55,991 nt of DNA from the NCBI GenBank assembly GCA_045632105.1, contig JAZQVZ010000034.1, forward strand, positions 1 to 55,991, in the 5' to 3' direction. Each line of letters begins with the position of its first letter. Positions within the stretch are counted from its first letter, which is position 1. The translations under genes were made by a program, and so were the position numbers. Source of the stretch: Eubacteriales bacterium (lineage in GTDB: Bacteria; Bacillota; Clostridia; Oscillospirales; CAG-272). Of the stretch, positions 52,550 to 55,991 are shown in pieces. The notes under the pieces are model-generated. The model made no database searches and was not told the DNA's origin. It worked only from the letters and a program-made list of their open reading frames with translations.

Positions 52550-52582
52550 AAAAGGACAGCATTGCTGTCCTTTTCTCGTTTT
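52550..52582 (+). terminator. Terminator after hflX
   Basis: GGACAGC-att-GCTGTCC hairpin plus a TTTTCTCGTTTT tract. Confidence 0.75.
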
Positions 52583-52585
52583 ATG

Positions 52586-52614
52586 TTGACAAAAAATCTT
52601 CATTATAGTATAAT
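52586..52614 (+). promoter_or_regulatory. Perfect-consensus sigma-A promoter of the yigZ-lipoprotein pair
   Basis: TTGACA-17 nt-TATAAT. Confidence 0.7.
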
Positions 52615-52647
52615 GAATTGGTGAAAAAAGTTGAAAGGTGTATGGTG

Positions 52648-53280
52648 ATGGAACAGCTTCCCGAAAGATATACTACCGTTAAAAAAGAAGCACACGTTGA
52701 ATTTGAAGAGAAAAGATCTGTTTTTATAGGTCACGCCCTTCACGTGGAAAGTGAGGAGCAGGCCCTTGAGTTTATCAAACAGATGAAAAAGAAATATTCC
52801 GACGCTACTCATAATTGCTTTGCATATCTTCTCAAGGGAGGTATTATCGCCCGTTATTCGGATGACGGAGAGCCCCAGGGAACTGCGGGCGTGCCTATGC
52901 TTGAGGCTATACGAAAGAGCGGAGTCACTGACGTGTGTGTGGTAGCCACGCGATATTTCGGTGGCATACTGCTGGGTGCGGGCGGCCTTGTACGCGCTTA
53001 TTCTCATTCTGTGTCGGTGGCTCTTGAGGGCGCTGAGATAGTTACCTATTCACCCTATGCGGTCTACGAGCTTCGCTGCGGATATTCCGAATATCAGAAA
53101 TATGGAAACATACTTGCAGGCGCGGGCGCGGTTATCGACGATACCGAGTTTGGAGCAGACGTACTGGTGAAATTTGCTCTTAAGCGAGAAGCGGCAGATG
53201 CGCTGTTGGTTAAAATCAGCGAGGCGGGCTACGGCAAGGATATTCCCGTTTTCGTTGGCGAGCGCTTTGATTGTAGGTAA
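52648..53280 (+). CDS. yigZ: YigZ/IMPACT-family protein
   Basis: Motifs ATHNCFAYLL and DDGEPQGTAG. Start moved to the ATG at 52648: the ORF-track TTG at 52618 lies upstream of the predicted transcription start, and AAAGGTG lies 7 nt before 52648. Confidence 0.85.
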   Translation: MEQLPERYTTVKKEAHVEFEEKRSVFIGHALHVESEEQALEFIKQMKKKYSDATHNCFAYLLKGGIIARYSDDGEPQGTAGVPMLEAIRKSGVTDVCVVATRYFGGILLGAGGLVRAYSHSVSVALEGAEIVTYSPYAVYELRCGYSEYQKYGNILAGAGAVIDDTEFGADVLVKFALKREAADALLVKISEAGYGKDIPVFVGERFDCR

Positions 53281-53285
53281 GACTT

Positions 53286-54815
53286 ATGAAGAAGAGAATT
53301 TTTATACTGGCTGGCTTGATTCTGGCGCTGTCGATATTTGTTTTGTCTTGCTCGCAAGCAGGAGCAGACGATGATGCTCTTGGAAAATTTGAGCAGATGA
53401 TGGAGGAGCTTTCTACCGAAAGCGATACCTCGGTAGCTCCTGAGCCTGTTGCTCAAAGAATATACGTGATAATTCCTGAAGCAGCGTCTGCGGAGCTCTG
53501 CCAAAAAGCAAAGGAGCTGGCGGATAATATAGCCCTGAAAACCGAGATAGAATGCTCGGTGAAATACGATTACGAATATACCAAGAGATATGACGGAGAT
53601 CTGCTTGTTCTTTTAGGTAACACTGATGATGCTCGTTCCAAGGACGCCTCGGCTACCTTGAAGGTAGGGGAGTACTCCTGCAGATGGGACAGAGGGGACA
53701 TAATAATTGCCGCTAAGGATCACGGTGCCGCGGTAGCTGCGACAGATGAGTTTATGAGCACCGTGCTTGTCGGCGCCTCAAGGTATTCTCTTATGAGTGA
53801 GGGCGCTAATTTCAAGCACACAGAGGAATATGAGGTTTCAAAGGTCCTTGTCAACGGCTACGATCTTTATGATTTTACGCTTGTAAGCGCTCAGGACACC
53901 GTCGAAATGGTTCAAGTGCTCAGGGATTATATTGCTAAGCGCAGTGGATATTTGCTTGACCTATGTCTTGACAGCGAGAAGGTTGACGGTAAGACGATAT
54001 CGTTTGTTTGCGATACCAAGGTGAGTGGCGCGGTAATTGAGCTCGAGAACGGAAGCCTCAATGTGAGCGCAGGTGACGACTATATGATCTCGGTTGCCGT
54101 TAGTGATATTGCCAAAAAACTTTTTGAAAATATCTCAGAGGGCGTTGCTTCCTTGAATGTTTCATATACTAACAGAATTTCTTCCTCCAATCGCAGTATT
54201 AAGGTGTGCGCGGTGAGTTATCTTAACGGTGGCAAGACTAATGTGCATCAGGTAATCGAGCTGGTAGAAAGACTTAATTCGAATTACTTCGATATCGTTG
54301 TGTTCGGTTGCATGAGTGCGACCGATTCAAATGATATATTTCAAAACTTCAACAGCAGAGAATATAACCTGAGCAGGGTGGTGGCGGAAGACGGAACGGT
54401 CTTCTGTTCCATGTACAGAAAAAGCGCGTTTGAAAGCGTAGGCTGCGGTCTATCTCGGGGAGTATTTTGTATTAATATGACAGCAAAGGGAGAGAACGAG
54501 GAGCGAAGAATAATCAGGGCATTCGATATTGATGCCGAGGCGCTCAATGCTCTTCTAAAGGAAGATGGCAGCCGTGATGCTGTGATTTTTGACAGTGACG
54601 TTTGCGTAGTCGGTTCTCTTGATCCTGTGGGGGAAATCGAATGGAGCTTCCGCCACGAGGACTATTATCTTGGCGCCTTTACCGAATCCGCATTGCATTG
54701 CGCGGGATACAGCGCCGAAACCTCGGGAAGCGAATACATAAACGCTTACAGCTGCTTTAATATTTCAAAGACCGAATGCGATGCGTTTCTGGAGCTAAAA
54801 AAGGCTTTGGATTGA
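53286..54815 (+). CDS. Lipoprotein of unknown function with duplicated N-terminal alpha/beta module
   Basis: 509 aa; signal peptide with lipobox VLSC. Two similar modules (about aa 58-165 and 195-300) of the pattern strand...AKELxxxI...G...I..G then DDxG...A..xF. Confidence 0.7.
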   Translation: MKKRIFILAGLILALSIFVLSCSQAGADDDALGKFEQMMEELSTESDTSVAPEPVAQRIYVIIPEAASAELCQKAKELADNIALKTEIECSVKYDYEYTKRYDGDLLVLLGNTDDARSKDASATLKVGEYSCRWDRGDIIIAAKDHGAAVAATDEFMSTVLVGASRYSLMSEGANFKHTEEYEVSKVLVNGYDLYDFTLVSAQDTVEMVQVLRDYIAKRSGYLLDLCLDSEKVDGKTISFVCDTKVSGAVIELENGSLNVSAGDDYMISVAVSDIAKKLFENISEGVASLNVSYTNRISSSNRSIKVCAVSYLNGGKTNVHQVIELVERLNSNYFDIVVFGCMSATDSNDIFQNFNSREYNLSRVVAEDGTVFCSMYRKSAFESVGCGLSRGVFCINMTAKGENEERRIIRAFDIDAEALNALLKEDGSRDAVIFDSDVCVVGSLDPVGEIEWSFRHEDYYLGAFTESALHCAGYSAETSGSEYINAYSCFNISKTECDAFLELKKALD

Positions 54816-55145
54816 TATTTTTTCGTACTGCCTGATTTCATCACAGAGCTCTGAGATAAGAATACATAGTTTGTCTGCCTCAGCGCTGTTACTTGCAAAA
54901 TAAAGTGATTCAACAAGCTCGGACATTCGTTCGAGCTTGCTCTCTTTGACGCTGAAGCTTAAGGGTGAACGGTAACGCTCCCAAAGCTCCTTGAGGTCTT
55001 GGGTGGATGCGCTGTTGTCTGTGGCTATGAGCTTTGCAGCTTGTGACAAGTCCTCCAATGCGTTGCAGACGTATACTGAATTAAAGATGATACATCCTAC
55101 TGTCAGGAAAAATAACAGTATTGCGGCTATGAATGATTTCATCAC
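54795..55145 (-). CDS. DUF4363-family small membrane-anchored protein
   Basis: 116 aa; N-terminal TM then helical domain; ATGA overlap with the upstream DUF421 gene, the usual DUF421/DUF4363 pairing (from memory). Confidence 0.65.
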   Translation of the reverse strand: MMKSFIAAILLFFLTVGCIIFNSVYVCNALEDLSQAAKLIATDNSASTQDLKELWERYRSPLSFSVKESKLERMSELVESLYFASNSAEADKLCILISELCDEIRQYEKISIQSLF

Positions 55146-55816
55146 TTCTTCTCCTTGGGGATTATTTTCGTTTCGTTTGCGTCGTTTATCATCATCAAAT
55201 ATATATCCTTTAGCGCAAGGCCCTTTTTGGACAGGATCGAGGATACGTGGTCTTTTGTTATGGACAACTGCTCCATTCCGTGCTTGTTAAGGCTTCCTTG
55301 CTCTATAATGATATGAAAAAGTCCGGTTTCCTTCGGCTTCAGGTGCAGCTGCTCTGCGCTGGGCTGACGGAATCGGGCTTTTTGTATTACTGTTATTTTT
55401 CCGTTCTGCTCCAGAATGGCGTATTTTATTTGTGATACGTCGTCAATGCTTTGACCTCTCAGCTCGCTGAATAGCTCGTCGAAGGATAGTCTTGCATCCG
55501 TCATTGCTTTCTGACATATCTCACCGTCCTTGATGAGGATGCTCGGTCGGGCGGTGGTAAGCTTTTTGAATTTTGGAAATTTTGCTAAAAGCATAGCTAT
55601 GGATACCTCTAAGGTCAAAAGGGCGACTATGGGCACAAGAGCATGGGAGAGGGGAAGCTCTGTGTCGGTTATTGGGAGCGAGGCTATCTCGGAAATAAGG
55701 AATGTCGTTATTAGATCGGATACCTCAAGCTCTCCTATCTGGCGCTTGCCCATGAGCCGCATTACTATTATCAATAGTAAATATATAATGATAGTTCTGA
55801 ATAAAACGGTTACCAT
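55142..55816 (-). CDS. DUF421 (YetF-like) membrane protein
   Basis: 224 aa; three N-terminal TM segments with MRLMGKRQIGELEVSDL motif, plus a soluble C-terminal domain. Confidence 0.75.
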   Translation of the reverse strand: MVTVLFRTIIIYLLLIIVMRLMGKRQIGELEVSDLITTFLISEIASLPITDTELPLSHALVPIVALLTLEVSIAMLLAKFPKFKKLTTARPSILIKDGEICQKAMTDARLSFDELFSELRGQSIDDVSQIKYAILEQNGKITVIQKARFRQPSAEQLHLKPKETGLFHIIIEQGSLNKHGMEQLSITKDHVSSILSKKGLALKDIYLMMINDANETKIIPKEKK

Positions 55817-55931
55817 AAAGCCCCCTGTTTGTTGGATTGGTATAGTGTTTGCTGTTTTTTACATAAAAATACATTTTTTAGGCAAGGCTATTGTCAAAAT
55901 CACCAAAGTGCAAAAAAGTTAAAAAAAGGTG

Positions 55932-55960
55932 TTGACAAAAGTCGTTAGGAGTGGTAAAAT
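55932..55960 (+). promoter_or_regulatory. Strong sigma-A type promoter reading out of the window
   Basis: TTGACA-17 nt-TAAAAT with TGg extension; the downstream transcript is truncated by the window end. Confidence 0.5.
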
Positions 55961-55991
55961 AGACAAGCTGTCCGCAAGACGGAGGGCCTTG

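Noticed and set aside
1-55991. Search for CRISPR arrays, IS elements, transposases, integrases, prophage genes, toxin-antitoxin pairs, known defence systems and rRNA genes
   Set aside because: No regularly spaced direct repeats, terminal inverted repeats or ORFs with recombinase, transposase or phage hallmarks were seen. Coding density is about 90% with housekeeping and sporulation genes throughout.

Overview
Dense core-chromosome segment with about 55 protein genes, one tRNA and three riboswitches. The source is an endospore-forming Firmicute of the class Clostridia: the window holds a complete spoIIIAA-AH operon, spoIIGA-sigE, a ytvI-like gene and whiA. Hand-sampled lines give roughly 50% GC, and codon bias is very strong. 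Gene order: tuf; FMN riboswitch-ribU; SAM-I riboswitch-metK; recD2-comF; mreB; pepD; a lysine-riboswitch-controlled NhaC-family transporter; a five-gene Na+-pump/biotin decarboxylase cluster; a GyrA/ParC-like subunit; tsaC-prfA-M18 aminopeptidase-SLT-coaE; MFS-GDPD; rbfA-nrnA; SPFH plus a small RHH protein; cyclophilin; ytvI; tRNA-Gln; a lower-GC GT8/acyltransferase block with an XRE regulator; HAD-murB-whiA; a 616-aa bitopic membrane protein; spoIIIAA-AH plus a P-loop ATPase; a 935-aa repeat-rich surface protein; ribF; spoIIGA-sigE; rpmE; hflX; yigZ; a 509-aa lipoprotein; DUF4363-DUF421. I saw no CRISPR array, rRNA, transposase, integrase, phage gene or recognisable defence system. I could not identify a clear-cut novel system. 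The best candidates for follow-up are: (1) the decarboxylase cluster, which combines a 12S-type and a 5S-type carboxyltransferase around one BCCP and one Na+-pump beta subunit; (2) an uncharacterised P-loop ATPase apparently co-transcribed as a ninth gene of the spoIIIA operon, next to an uncharacterised Tyr-rich-repeat membrane protein; (3) a large GLUG-like beta-helix surface protein; (4) a lower-GC glycolipid-type gene block beside tRNA-Gln. Many very long antisense ORFs in the track are codon-aligned shadow ORFs and were rejected as genes. All calls come from reading the sequence and the ORF translations by eye; no searches were run.
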